DNA of 64,000 bases from Cyanobacteria bacterium UBA5018 (GTDB taxonomy: Bacteria > Cyanobacteriota > Cyanobacteriia > PCC-6307 > Cyanobiaceae): assembly GCA_002396505.1 (NCBI GenBank), contig DGYA01000124.1, positions 3,814 through 67,813 on the forward strand. Direction: 5' to 3'. Below are positions 8,898-17,755 of this stretch, piece after piece. The first letter of the stretch is position 1, and each line of letters opens with the position of its first letter. The notes under the pieces are model-generated. The model was not told where the DNA came from. It searched no databases and saw nothing but the letters and a program-made list of their open reading frames with translations. The translations under genes and the position numbers were made by a program.

Positions 8898-9101
8898 AGC
8901 TCAAATCCCAGCAGCAGCTGGTCAATTCTATGCAAACAGAAAATAACTCGCAAGGGCAATTGCCGTGGCTTGCGGGGAATTGCGCTGGCTTGGGGAAGTG
9001 CGTTCTTCCATAGGCCAGAGCCACCCACCAGCGCCAGAGCCCTGTCACCAGGCCGCCGCCCTCAGCTCAAGCCAGCCCCGGTGGGCACCGCCTGGCCGAT
9101 C

Positions 9102-10772
9102 ATGAAGGCAATCCGATTAGCGGTTGGTGAAGCGATGTCGTCTGAGCTGCTCCGCGAAATCTTGCAGCGCAGCGGCGAACATCTACTGCTGGTGGCCCTG
9201 GCGGTAGCCCTGGCCCTGGCAATCGCTCTGCCGTTGGGGGTGCTGATCCAGGAAAGGCCCCGGCTGGCGCGTCTAGTGCTGGGTACCGCCAGTGTTGTGC
9301 AAACCATCCCCAGCCTGGCGATCTTTGGTCTGCTGCTGAGCGTGCCCTTGCTGGGGGGCATCGGCCCCACTCCCGCCGTGGTGGCTCTCACCCTCTACGC
9401 CCTGTTGCCGCTGCTGCGGGGCCTGGTGAGCGGCCTGAGTTTGGTGCCGCCGGGGATCAATGAAGCCGGCCGGGCCCTGGGTCTCAATCGCCGGCAGGTG
9501 TTGCTGCATCTGCAATTTCCCCTGACCATTCCCAGCCTGATGGCGGCCTTGCGGGTGGCCACCGTGATCTCGGTGGGGGTGGCCACCATCGCCGCGGCCA
9601 TCGGCGCCGGTGGCTTGGGGGTGTTTATTTTCCGCGGCATCGCCACGGTGAACAACACTCTGTTGCTGGCCGGTGCCCTGCCGTCGGCGGCGATCGCCCT
9701 GGCCGCCGATGCCGCATTGGGGGCTCTGGAGAAGCGCCTCAGTTACCAATCCCCAAAACGCCTCCGCCAATGGCGCTGGCCGATGGGCTGGCCGATCGGC
9801 TTGCGGATGGACTGGCAAGGGCGGTGGGCGGCAGCTTTTCTGGTGGTGCTGCTGGTGGCGATCCCCCTGGCCTGGCGCTGGGGTGGGCCGAAAGCCAACA
9901 CGGCCACCACGGTGGTAATCGGAGCCAAGGGTTACACCGAACAGCTGATCCTGGGGGAGCTATTAGCCCAGGAGATAGAAGCCAAAACTCCTTTGCGAGT
10001 GAAGCGGGAGTTCAGCCTTGGCAGCACTTTCCTGGTGCATGAAGCCCTGCGGCGGGGTCGCATCGACGGCTACGTGGAATACACCGGCACCGCCTGGACG
10101 GCGATCCTGAACCAGCCACCCCTGCCTCCCCAGCCGCAGCAGCAGCGAGCTGAACAGCGGGCGGAGCAGCGGGCGAAAGTGTGGCAAAACGCGCGCCAGC
10201 TCTATAGCGAACGCTACGGCTTGCGCCTGTTCCCCTCGCTTGGCTTTGAAAATACCTTCGCGATCTTGATCCGCCGCGCCGATGGCCAAAGGCTGGGGCT
10301 GCGCAAAATCAGCGACGCCGTGGCGCCGGCTCGTCAATGGACGGCCGCCTTTGGCTACGAGTTCCTCAACCGCGTCGATGGCTTCTCCGGCCTGGCCCAG
10401 CGTTACGGGCTGCGTTTCGCCAAGCCGCCCAGCGCCATGGATCTGGGCCTCACCTACCGGGCCCTGGCCGATGGCCGTGTCGACCTGATCGCCGGGGACA
10501 GCACCAACGGCCTGATTGCTGTGCTCCAGCTACAACAACTGGAAGACGATCTCGGCTACTTCCCCCCCTACGACGCCGTGCCGGTGTTCCAGGAGGCCAG
10601 CCTGCGGCGCCATCCGGAACTGATCACGATTATTGAGCGACTGACGGGCCGCCTATCGGCCGCCACCATGCAAAAGCTCAACGCAGCGGTGGATCAGCAA
10701 CGACAAACTCCGGAGCATGTGGTGCGTCGCTGGCGGCAGGAAATGGGCCTCGCCGCTGCCGGCTTACCCTAA
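9102..10772 (+). CDS. ABC transporter permease fused to glycine-betaine/choline-type substrate-binding domain
   Basis: The N-terminal half has permease TM segments and the EAA-like region INEAGRALGLNRRQVLLHLQFPL. The C-terminal half is OpuBC/ProX-like (IGAKGYTEQLILGELLAQ..., DGRVDLIAGDSTNGLI). The start is chosen at ATG 9102, because the upstream part of ORF 8667.. overlaps the FGE gene. Confidence 0.85.
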   Translation: MKAIRLAVGEAMSSELLREILQRSGEHLLLVALAVALALAIALPLGVLIQERPRLARLVLGTASVVQTIPSLAIFGLLLSVPLLGGIGPTPAVVALTLYALLPLLRGLVSGLSLVPPGINEAGRALGLNRRQVLLHLQFPLTIPSLMAALRVATVISVGVATIAAAIGAGGLGVFIFRGIATVNNTLLLAGALPSAAIALAADAALGALEKRLSYQSPKRLRQWRWPMGWPIGLRMDWQGRWAAAFLVVLLVAIPLAWRWGGPKANTATTVVIGAKGYTEQLILGELLAQEIEAKTPLRVKREFSLGSTFLVHEALRRGRIDGYVEYTGTAWTAILNQPPLPPQPQQQRAEQRAEQRAKVWQNARQLYSERYGLRLFPSLGFENTFAILIRRADGQRLGLRKISDAVAPARQWTAAFGYEFLNRVDGFSGLAQRYGLRFAKPPSAMDLGLTYRALADGRVDLIAGDSTNGLIAVLQLQQLEDDLGYFPPYDAVPVFQEASLRRHPELITIIERLTGRLSAATMQKLNAAVDQQRQTPEHVVRRWRQEMGLAAAGLP

Positions 10773-10816
10773 CCTTGGGCCGCAAACATTTGCCAGCCGG
10801 CATAGACTCAAAATCA

Positions 10817-10972
10817 CTATTTCCCAGAGCCCGCCCAAGCCAGCAACGATTGCACGCCAAGCTTTCGCTTCACCTCCAGTAAATAGATGGCCAATTTCGA
10901 AGCATGATCCAAATAGAAGAGCTGAACAAATTCCAATAGATCATCGGGGGTGCAGGGCTTGCCACCGGCCAT
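10817..10972 (-). CDS. Hypothetical small protein (51 aa)
   Basis: ATG 10972 gives MAGGKPCTPDDLLEFVQLFYLDHASKLAIYLLEVKRKLGVQSLLAWAGSGK* in a locally AT-richer stretch. I recognise no family. Confidence 0.2.
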   Translation of the reverse strand: MAGGKPCTPDDLLEFVQLFYLDHASKLAIYLLEVKRKLGVQSLLAWAGSGK

Positions 10973-11026
10973 GGCCGCTGCTGCACCACCAATTAAGACT
11001 GGTGGGATGCGGCAAGGGCTTGGGCC

Positions 11027-11746
11027 ATGGATCTGTTCAATCGCCAGTGGAGCACATACCGCCAGATCGTTGATCACGACCTGATGGAGCATCGGGCCCT
11101 CAGTGCCGTGCTGGGCAATGCACTGACCAACTATCTGCAGCGACGCCAGTCCACCCCGGCCCCGGATAGAGCGGCGGCGGCCATGGTGGACCTGGGTTGC
11201 GGCGATCTCGCCCTGTTGGCGCCGCTGCTGCGCCAACTGCCGCTGAGCTCCTACCTGGGGCTGGATCTCTCGCCCCAGGTGCTACCCCTGGCCCGCCAGG
11301 CCCTGGGGCCCGTGGCCTATAGCTGCCAATTCCAACAGCAAAACCTGATCAACTGGGCCCAAACCCACCAGGGCGAGCCGCCGGTGCAGCTACTCCATTC
11401 CAGCTACGCGCTCCACCACCTCAGTGATCAGGCTAAGGGGGATTTTCTACGCCAGGCGCGTCAAAAAATCAGCGGCGATGGTCTGTTCCTCTGGGCCGAT
11501 GTATTCCGCCAACCTGGTGAATCGCTAGCCAACTATTTGCTTCGCTACAGCCAGCGCATCAACTCCAGCTGGCAGGTAATCGAAACCAGTCACCGCGATG
11601 CGGTGATTCACCACATCACCAATTATGATCTGCCCGCCGATCGCGAGCAGATCGTGGCCATCGCCAGCGCCTGCGGCTGGCAGTGGCAGTGGCTATGGCA
11701 GGGCAGCCAGCAAGCAGAAGCCCTGGCGGCCCTAACGCCAGCTTGA
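11027..11746 (+). CDS. Class I SAM-dependent methyltransferase
   Basis: Motif I is VDLGCGDLALLAPLL. There is an acidic residue after beta-2 (YLGLDLS) and the size is about 240 aa. Confidence 0.75.
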   Translation: MDLFNRQWSTYRQIVDHDLMEHRALSAVLGNALTNYLQRRQSTPAPDRAAAAMVDLGCGDLALLAPLLRQLPLSSYLGLDLSPQVLPLARQALGPVAYSCQFQQQNLINWAQTHQGEPPVQLLHSSYALHHLSDQAKGDFLRQARQKISGDGLFLWADVFRQPGESLANYLLRYSQRINSSWQVIETSHRDAVIHHITNYDLPADREQIVAIASACGWQWQWLWQGSQQAEALAALTPA

Positions 11747-11805
11747 ATCCAAAAACCGGGCTACAGCCCAACAAATCTGCGTCATCAGTGGGTTAGCCCA
11801 CTAGC

Positions 11806-11867
11806 AGACTCTGGAAAACCGCCATTTTGGCGATCCTGCCACCCGGGAAACTCTGCGGCCTCAGGCC
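11806..11867 (+). promoter_or_regulatory. Dispersed 62-nt element, copy A (candidate 5' leader or operator)
   Basis: It is 55/62 identical, ungapped, to the reverse complement of 41134..41195. It sits 164 nt upstream of ATG 12031 and points toward it. Confidence 0.6.
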
Positions 11868-11974
11868 ACTGCGGCGGGTAATCGCCGCCGGACCCGCTGT
11901 GCGGCTGAATCTGGTGGGTGGGGTTGGAAGCAATTCCTCACGGGTTGCTCCTGATCACGGCAGCCTTTGATCAA

Positions 11975-11996
11975 GATCGCCCAAATTTGGGCAATC
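11975..11996. promoter_or_regulatory. 22-bp near-perfect palindrome GATCGCCCAAATTTGGGCAATC (candidate operator)
   Basis: 10 of 11 base pairs are symmetric. The centre lies about 45 nt upstream of ATG 12031. Confidence 0.4.
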
Positions 11997-12030
11997 TTCT
12001 GTACGATCAAGCCATAACGGTTAACTACCC

Positions 12031-13839
12031 ATGACACTCAACATCAATACCAGCCAACGGGTAACCGGAACTGATGGGACTGCCGGCATCAACGGCACCC
12101 GGGGTTCTTCTTCCCAACGGAACGGTGGAAACGGCAAAGCCGGCACAGCCGGCACAGCCAAGAGCCTGAGCCTCACCGGGATCAGCTTCCAGGGCGATGC
12201 CGGTGGCGACTTGATCAGGCATGACTGGTTTGCTGAAGGCGGCCGGGGGGCGGCGGGTGGCTCGGGCGGCAGTGGTGCAAGTGCCGAGGCCACGTTGAGC
12301 ACGATCAACGGACCCAATTCCACCACCCAGAACGCCGTCTACGACAACCCTGGCAACGGCGGAGCCGGCGGCGGTGCTGGGGCGGGAGGGGCAGCCGCAG
12401 TGCGCTTCGGCTCCCTCAATGTGGACTTTGCTGGTGGGCTGACAGCCCAGAATTCACTGCGTCTCTGGGGCGAGGCCCGCGGCGGCTACGGCGGAAATGC
12501 TGGGGGTTCCGACGGGCCCGGTAGCTCCGGCTGGAGAGGCGACTTCGTGGAAAGCACTAGCACGAGCACCCAAAACTTCAGCAGGATCTATAGGCAGCTG
12601 GGAACCCCGGGCGGCGTGGCGCCCAACGGCGTCACAGGCGGGGCCGGCTCTGCGGGTACGGTCAGCTTCACGGACATCCAGGTGAGGGGCGAGAACGCGG
12701 ATATTGGCCTGTTCGGCACCGCCTTAGGTGGCGCAGGCGGCGGCGGCAGCGGTGGCGTGCGTGGCGGTTCCGGTTCGGTTGGGCAACCGGGTAGCCGTGG
12801 AGGGAACGGTGGAAACGCCAACCTGGCGCTGGCTGAGGTGACCAGACTCCAGGTGAACGCCACGCGGGGCCTGAATCTCTCGATCCAGCTCTCGGCCACC
12901 GGTCAATCGGGGGGACAGGGAGGTGGTGCCGGCGAGGCCGGCTCCGGCATGGTCATCAACAGCACCAGCACCAATGGCGTTGGCTCTTCGCTGGACACCA
13001 CTACCTATGCGGCTGCCGGCAACGGCGGCAACGGCGGTAATGGTGGTAGAGCCACAGCCCGGCTGGTTGGCAGCACGATCAACGGCACCGATCAGGCCGA
13101 CTCCCTGACGCTGGGGCTCAGCGCCTTTGGCGGGTTGGGCGGAGCAGGTGGCTTCGGCGGTAGTGCAGTGGCGAGTCGGTCCTCCACCAGTGGTGGTCCC
13201 GACTTCTTCCAGACCTCCACCATCGTCGGCACTTCCGCTGGCCTTAAGGGAATTGACGGCATCACCGGACAGGCCACGGTGGAAGTGAGCGGCAACAGCA
13301 TCGCGCTGGGCGATGGCAACGACTATCTCAGCCTGACGTTGTTCGCGAGCGGACCGTCCACGGTCACGGTGAGTGGCAACAGCTTTGACGGGGGAGACGG
13401 CAGGGATAGCCTTTTTCTCGGCAACGTCAGGGCCGGCGAGCGCGCCGCCACCATCAATGTTGCCAACGGAACCCTCAGCCTCGGCAGCACACCGATCCTC
13501 AACACCTTCAGGGGATTTGAAGCTTTCACGGCCACCAGTGCGGCCGATCGGATCATTGATGGTGGCGGCAACCAGGAGTACAGTGGTGGCTTTGGCTCGG
13601 ATCGCTACACCTTCTCTGCCCAGTTCGCCGGCCACGATGTGATCCACGATTTCAGCGCGGAGGATCGGATCGTCTTCTCCGGTTTCGGCAACCCTCTCAA
13701 CTCTTTCGCCGACGTGCTTAGCAAAGCCACCCGAGACCTAGGTTCTAACGGCACCCTGATCACCACAAGTAGTTCCAGCAGCGTTCTGCTGATCGGCTTC
13801 TCCGGGCCACTCACGACCGCAATGTTCAGCTTCCTTTGA
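12031..13839 (+). CDS. Gly/Ser/Thr/Asn-rich repetitive protein with RTX-like C-terminal Ca-binding nonapeptides (putative type I-secreted exoprotein)
   Basis: It has no N-terminal signal peptide. Long GG(N/A/S)GG runs are present (GNGGAGGGAGAGGAA, GGAGGGGSGGVRGGSGSVGQPGSRGGNGGN, AAGNGGNGGNGGRA). The C-terminal region carries LGDGNDYLSL, GGDGRDSLFL and GGFGSDRYTF, followed by HDVIHDFSAEDRIVFSGF. Confidence 0.7.
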   Translation: MTLNINTSQRVTGTDGTAGINGTRGSSSQRNGGNGKAGTAGTAKSLSLTGISFQGDAGGDLIRHDWFAEGGRGAAGGSGGSGASAEATLSTINGPNSTTQNAVYDNPGNGGAGGGAGAGGAAAVRFGSLNVDFAGGLTAQNSLRLWGEARGGYGGNAGGSDGPGSSGWRGDFVESTSTSTQNFSRIYRQLGTPGGVAPNGVTGGAGSAGTVSFTDIQVRGENADIGLFGTALGGAGGGGSGGVRGGSGSVGQPGSRGGNGGNANLALAEVTRLQVNATRGLNLSIQLSATGQSGGQGGGAGEAGSGMVINSTSTNGVGSSLDTTTYAAAGNGGNGGNGGRATARLVGSTINGTDQADSLTLGLSAFGGLGGAGGFGGSAVASRSSTSGGPDFFQTSTIVGTSAGLKGIDGITGQATVEVSGNSIALGDGNDYLSLTLFASGPSTVTVSGNSFDGGDGRDSLFLGNVRAGERAATINVANGTLSLGSTPILNTFRGFEAFTATSAADRIIDGGGNQEYSGGFGSDRYTFSAQFAGHDVIHDFSAEDRIVFSGFGNPLNSFADVLSKATRDLGSNGTLITTSSSSSVLLIGFSGPLTTAMFSFL

Positions 13840-14106
13840 GCACGAGCGGCTGCAATTAAACCAAAAAGCTGAACATTCTCCACCTGGAGTGCACCAAGGC
13901 GTTTTACGGCGCCATGTTCCAGGTGGAGTTCCAGGTGGAGTTCCAGGACCTCTCCAACCCCCAGGAAGATGGTCAGCTGCGAGCCGCCCCCCCCCAGCAG
14001 CGGCAGCTGGTAATCGACCACCTCAGCCAATAGGACATTTCGGCCGATCGCGCCGCCATCCAGCTCAGCGACAAAGCCCTGGCCCTGCTGACACCGGTCT
14101 AACCGT

Positions 14107-15402
14107 TCAGCTGTGCTCCCGCAAAAAGGCAATCGTGCCCTGCAATTCCTCGGCGAAGCGATCAATCTCCTCCGGGGTGGTGGTGAAGCTGAGACTGGCC
14201 CGGGCGGTACCACTGAGGCCGTAATAGCGGTGCAGGGGTTGGGTGCAGTGGTGGCCACTGCGGATGCAGATGCCGGCCGAATCCAACAGCGCCGCGATGT
14301 CGTTGGCATGCAGACCCTCCACCGTGAAGGCCGCCAGGGCGCCGCGGTGCGGTTGCTGCTCCGGCGTGGGGCCAAGGATGCGCAGCCCCTCGATCGCCTG
14401 CAGGCGATCAAACAACTGGCGAATCAACCGCTGCTCCCAGGCCTGGATGCGCGCCAAGCCGATCCCATTTAGGTAATCGAGGGCGGCACCCATGCCAATC
14501 GCCTCGCCGATCGCCGGTGTGCCGGCCTCAAATTTGTGTGGCAGCTCCGCCCAGCTGCTGTGATCCAGATATACGTCTTGGATCATTTCACCGCCGCCCA
14601 GGAAGGGGGGCATCGCCTCCAGCAACGTCTCCCGCGCCCAGAGGAAACCCATGCCGGTGGGGCCACACAATTTATGGGAACTACCCACCAGGAAGTCGCA
14701 ATCGAGCTGGGCCACATCGATGGGCAGATGCGGCAGGCTCTGGCAGGCATCCACCAGCAGCAAGGCACCAACTCGATGGGCTAATTGGGCGATCTCAGCG
14801 ATTGGATTGAGGCAACCGAGGGTATTGCTCACCTGCACCAGGCTCACCAACCGGGTGCGTTCATTCAGCTGGGCCTTCATATCGTCTAGATCCAACTCAC
14901 CGCTCTGGGTCAAGCCCACATGGCGCAACCGGCAGCCAGTGCGGGCGGCCAGCAACTGCCAGGGCACCAGATTGCTGTGGTGCTCCATCACCGAAAGCAG
15001 CACTTCATCGCCGGGCTTGAGATTGGCCTCCCCCCAGCTGCGCGCCACCAGGTTGATCGCTTCGCTGGCATTGCGGGTGAACACGATCTCGTGGGCGGAA
15101 GCCGCCCCCACAAAATTGGCCGTCTTCTGCCGTGCCGCCTCAAAGCCCTCGGTGGCCCGCGCACTCAACTGGTGGGCGCCGCGATGCACGTTGGCGTTGT
15201 CGTGGCTGTAGTAATGCTGTAACGCCTGCAGCACCTGGCTGGGCTTCTGGCTGGTGGCCGCATAGTCCAGATAGATCAGCGGTTCCCCCAGGCAGGCGGT
15301 TTGGGCGAGCAGCGGGAAATCGGGCCGGGTGAGGGCCGCCAGGTTTTCGGGCGGGTCAGCGGTGGGTTCAGCGATTGCGGCTGTGGCGGGGGAGGCGCTC
15401 AT
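14107..15402 (-). CDS. sufS: Cysteine desulfurase SufS
   Basis: Motifs: HHSNLVPWQ, PLP-lysine region SSHKLCGPTGMGFL and active-site Cys RSGHHCTQP. It is the last gene of the suf operon. Confidence 0.95.
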   Translation of the reverse strand: MSASPATAAIAEPTADPPENLAALTRPDFPLLAQTACLGEPLIYLDYAATSQKPSQVLQALQHYYSHDNANVHRGAHQLSARATEGFEAARQKTANFVGAASAHEIVFTRNASEAINLVARSWGEANLKPGDEVLLSVMEHHSNLVPWQLLAARTGCRLRHVGLTQSGELDLDDMKAQLNERTRLVSLVQVSNTLGCLNPIAEIAQLAHRVGALLLVDACQSLPHLPIDVAQLDCDFLVGSSHKLCGPTGMGFLWARETLLEAMPPFLGGGEMIQDVYLDHSSWAELPHKFEAGTPAIGEAIGMGAALDYLNGIGLARIQAWEQRLIRQLFDRLQAIEGLRILGPTPEQQPHRGALAAFTVEGLHANDIAALLDSAGICIRSGHHCTQPLHRYYGLSGTARASLSFTTTPEEIDRFAEELQGTIAFLREHS

Positions 15403-15406
15403 CGGG

Positions 15407-16582
15407 TCAGGCCTCGGCCAGCAGGCGCTCTAGGGGATTCCAGCCTGCCGCGGCGGCCGGCAAATCGCGCAGCACCTCCTCGCAGAAGGCCCGTTTCAGC
15501 AGGGTGGCCGCCTGGCTGGCGGCGATGCCGCGACTCTGCAAATAAAACAGTTCTTCCTGGCGCAGCCGGCTCACGGTGGCGCCATGGGCGCACTTCACGT
15601 CATCGGCCACGATTTCCAGCTCGGGCTTGGTGTCCACCCGGGCCCGATCCGAAAGCAGCAGGCTGCGGCTCAGCTGGGCGGCATTGGTGCGCTGCGCCAC
15701 CTGGGGCACCTTCACCGCCCCGTTGAACACACTGCGACCCTGTCCATCGGCCAACACCTTGTGCAGTTGGTCCAGCTGGCCGTCGGGCCCATCAAAACGC
15801 ACGGCGCTGTGGGTGTCGGCAATCTGGCGGCCGTTGCACACCTGCAGGCCCCGCAGCCTGGTGCTGGCGGCCCCCTGGCTCTGCACTATCCGGGGCTCAA
15901 AGCGCGCCAAACCCCAACCGCCCATGGCACTGCTCAACTCCAGTTCACTGGCGGGCTCCTGCAGCACCGCCCAATGGGCCAGCAGACAGGCCTGAGCTTC
16001 CCCCAGGGCCAAACAACCGGCCTTGAGGCGGGCACCGCCCCCCAGCTGCACCGCCGTCACCACACTCAGGGCCGCCGGCCCCTGGCTCGGTTGCTCCTGG
16101 TCATCGGTGATCACCTGCAACAGCTCCAAACTGGCGCCGGGTTCCAGCACCAGCAGCAGCTGGGCGGGCCGCAGGCCACCGGCGGCACTGGCCGCCAAAC
16201 TCAACAGCAGCGGTTCGGTGACAACACCCCGCACCCTCAGGGCCAGCAGGGGCTCAGCCGCCCTCTGGGCGGCGGCTCTGTTGAGAGCCACGGGCCATTG
16301 CTCGCCGCCACCGCTGGCCTGGAGCAGCCGCAGCCACTGCTCCTCGGCGGCGGCCCCCTCCAACCGCTCCACGCCAGCCGGCAACTGCGGCTGGCCCCAC
16401 CCGCTGCCCCCCTCACTAGGCGCCAGCCGGGGAGCGATGGCCGTGAGCGGATCCAAGGCCGTAAACCGCCAGTCCTCCTGGCGCCGCGTCGGCAGGGGCG
16501 AGCCGGCCAATTCGGCCAGCCAGGGGGCAGCCGGTGCGGTTGCCGGCGGCGTTGCGGTTGTGGTTTCGGTTGCCGTGGGCAT
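15407..16582 (-). CDS. sufD: Fe-S cluster assembly protein SufD
   Basis: The conserved C-terminal part reads [24 protein letters not shown]. It lies between sufC and sufS, and its start overlaps the sufC stop. Confidence 0.9.
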   Translation of the reverse strand: MPTATETTTATPPATAPAAPWLAELAGSPLPTRRQEDWRFTALDPLTAIAPRLAPSEGGSGWGQPQLPAGVERLEGAAAEEQWLRLLQASGGGEQWPVALNRAAAQRAAEPLLALRVRGVVTEPLLLSLAASAAGGLRPAQLLLVLEPGASLELLQVITDDQEQPSQGPAALSVVTAVQLGGGARLKAGCLALGEAQACLLAHWAVLQEPASELELSSAMGGWGLARFEPRIVQSQGAASTRLRGLQVCNGRQIADTHSAVRFDGPDGQLDQLHKVLADGQGRSVFNGAVKVPQVAQRTNAAQLSRSLLLSDRARVDTKPELEIVADDVKCAHGATVSRLRQEELFYLQSRGIAASQAATLLKRAFCEEVLRDLPAAAAGWNPLERLLAEA

Positions 16583-17430
16583 CAGGCCACCTCCACTGGT
16601 GTTGACTGCCCTGGGTTCAGCTCTCCCGCGTTCAGCTCTGCTGGGTTGGCCTCCAGCTGGGCCAGGGCCTCGTCCACCCAGTCGTAGCCAATCCGCTCCA
16701 GCTCCAGAGCCAATTCCTTGCCGCCGGTGCGCAGAATGCGGCCCGCCGCCATCACGTGCACGTAATCCGGCGTAATCAGATCCAGCAGGCGTTGGTAATG
16801 GGTGATCAACAAGGTGGTATTTGCATCACCGGCCAACTGGTTCACGCCGCTGGCCACGATGCGCAGGGCGTCGATATCCAGGCCGGAATCGGTTTCATCG
16901 AGAATCGACACCAGCGGTTCGAGCAGGGCCATCTGCAAAATCTCGTTGCGCTTCTTCTCGCCACCACTAAATCCCTCGTTCACCGAGCGATCCAGGAAGG
17001 CCGGATCCATCTGCACCAGCTGCATCCGCTCGCGCACCAGATCCTCAAAGGCAAAGGTATCTAGCTCTTCCTCGCCCCGTTGGCCGCGGCGGGCATTGGT
17101 GGCCACCCGCAGAAACTCCAGATTGCTCACTCCGGGAATCTCCACCGGATATTGAAAACCGAGAAACAGGCCACTGCGGGCCCTGATTTCCGGATCCAGC
17201 TCCAGCAGGTTTTCACCGCGATAGGTAACCGAACCGCCGGTCACCTGATAGGCGGGATGACCCGCCAACACCTTGGACAGGGTGCTCTTGCCACTGCCAT
17301 TGCGACCCATCACCGCATGGATCTCCCCCTCCCGCAGGGTGAGGTTCACCCCATGCAGGATGGGCTGGTCGCCAACGCTGGCATGCAGGTCGCGAATCTC
17401 AAGCAGAACCGGTGCGTCGGGGCGAATCAC
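16582..17430 (-). CDS. sufC: Fe-S cluster assembly ATPase SufC
   Basis: Motifs: Walker [10 protein letters not shown], signature [11 protein letters not shown] and Walker [11 protein letters not shown]. It uses a GTG start. Confidence 0.95.
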   Translation of the reverse strand: MIRPDAPVLLEIRDLHASVGDQPILHGVNLTLREGEIHAVMGRNGSGKSTLSKVLAGHPAYQVTGGSVTYRGENLLELDPEIRARSGLFLGFQYPVEIPGVSNLEFLRVATNARRGQRGEEELDTFAFEDLVRERMQLVQMDPAFLDRSVNEGFSGGEKKRNEILQMALLEPLVSILDETDSGLDIDALRIVASGVNQLAGDANTTLLITHYQRLLDLITPDYVHVMAAGRILRTGGKELALELERIGYDWVDEALAQLEANPAELNAGELNPGQSTPVEVA

Positions 17431-17516
17431 AGCAGAGGGCGGGCGGATGGAAAAACGGGAATCAAACGGGAGATCACTAGCGGCAAAAGCGCCAGGCGCT
17501 GGGAAATGGTCAGTGA

Positions 17517-17588
17517 CTGGAGAATGGGCTGATGCTTGGGCTGGAGAAGGGAAAAAGTCTGGGGCTGGAGAAGGTAAAGAGGCTGGGG
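17517..17588. repeat. 24-nt tandem units (CTGGAGAA core at 17517, 17541, 17565) in the sufB-sufC spacer
   Basis: Seen directly: CTGGAGAATGGGCTG..., CTGGAGAAGGGAAAAAGTCTGGGG, CTGGAGAAGGTAAAGAGGCTGGGG. Confidence 0.6.
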
Positions 17589-17668
17589 CTGGGCTGCCAA
17601 GGCTGGGCTCGCTGGAGGGCGAGCTCGCTGGAGTTGCTAGCTAGGGAATGTTTCTAGCCCAATGGCCC

Positions 17669-17755
17669 ACAGTTCAAGGCGCACTCAGTTCATTGGCAAA
17701 CTGTTCACCTTTAAACAATTCACCAGCAAACAGGGCGCTGGTACACAGTTCACGG
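17669..17755. repeat. 15-16-nt phased (A/T)(G/A)TTCA motif array in the sufB-sufC spacer
   Basis: AGTTCA occurs at 17671, 17687 and 17747, TGTTCA at 17702 and AATTCA at 17717. The spacings are 16, 15, 15 and 30 nt. Several motifs are preceded by AAAC. Confidence 0.55.

Noticed and set aside
8667-9101. N-terminal 145 aa of the 701-aa ORF 8667..10772
   Set aside because: This part overlaps the FGE gene and the spacer and has non-protein-like sequence. The transporter domain begins at MKAIRL (ATG 9102).
12724-13647. 307-aa minus-strand ORF and other ORFs overlapping 12031..13839
   Set aside because: They are antisense to the Gly-rich RTX-like gene. GGN codon runs leave several frames open.
13840-14106. 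Possible gene remnant between the RTX-like gene and sufS, including a 12-nt x2.7 repeat GTTCCAGGTGGA at 13916-13948
   Set aside because: The short open frames (…ILHLECTKAFYGAMFQVEFQVEFQDLSNPQEDGQL…) have no start, no recognisable family and are interrupted by stops. I cannot support a feature here.
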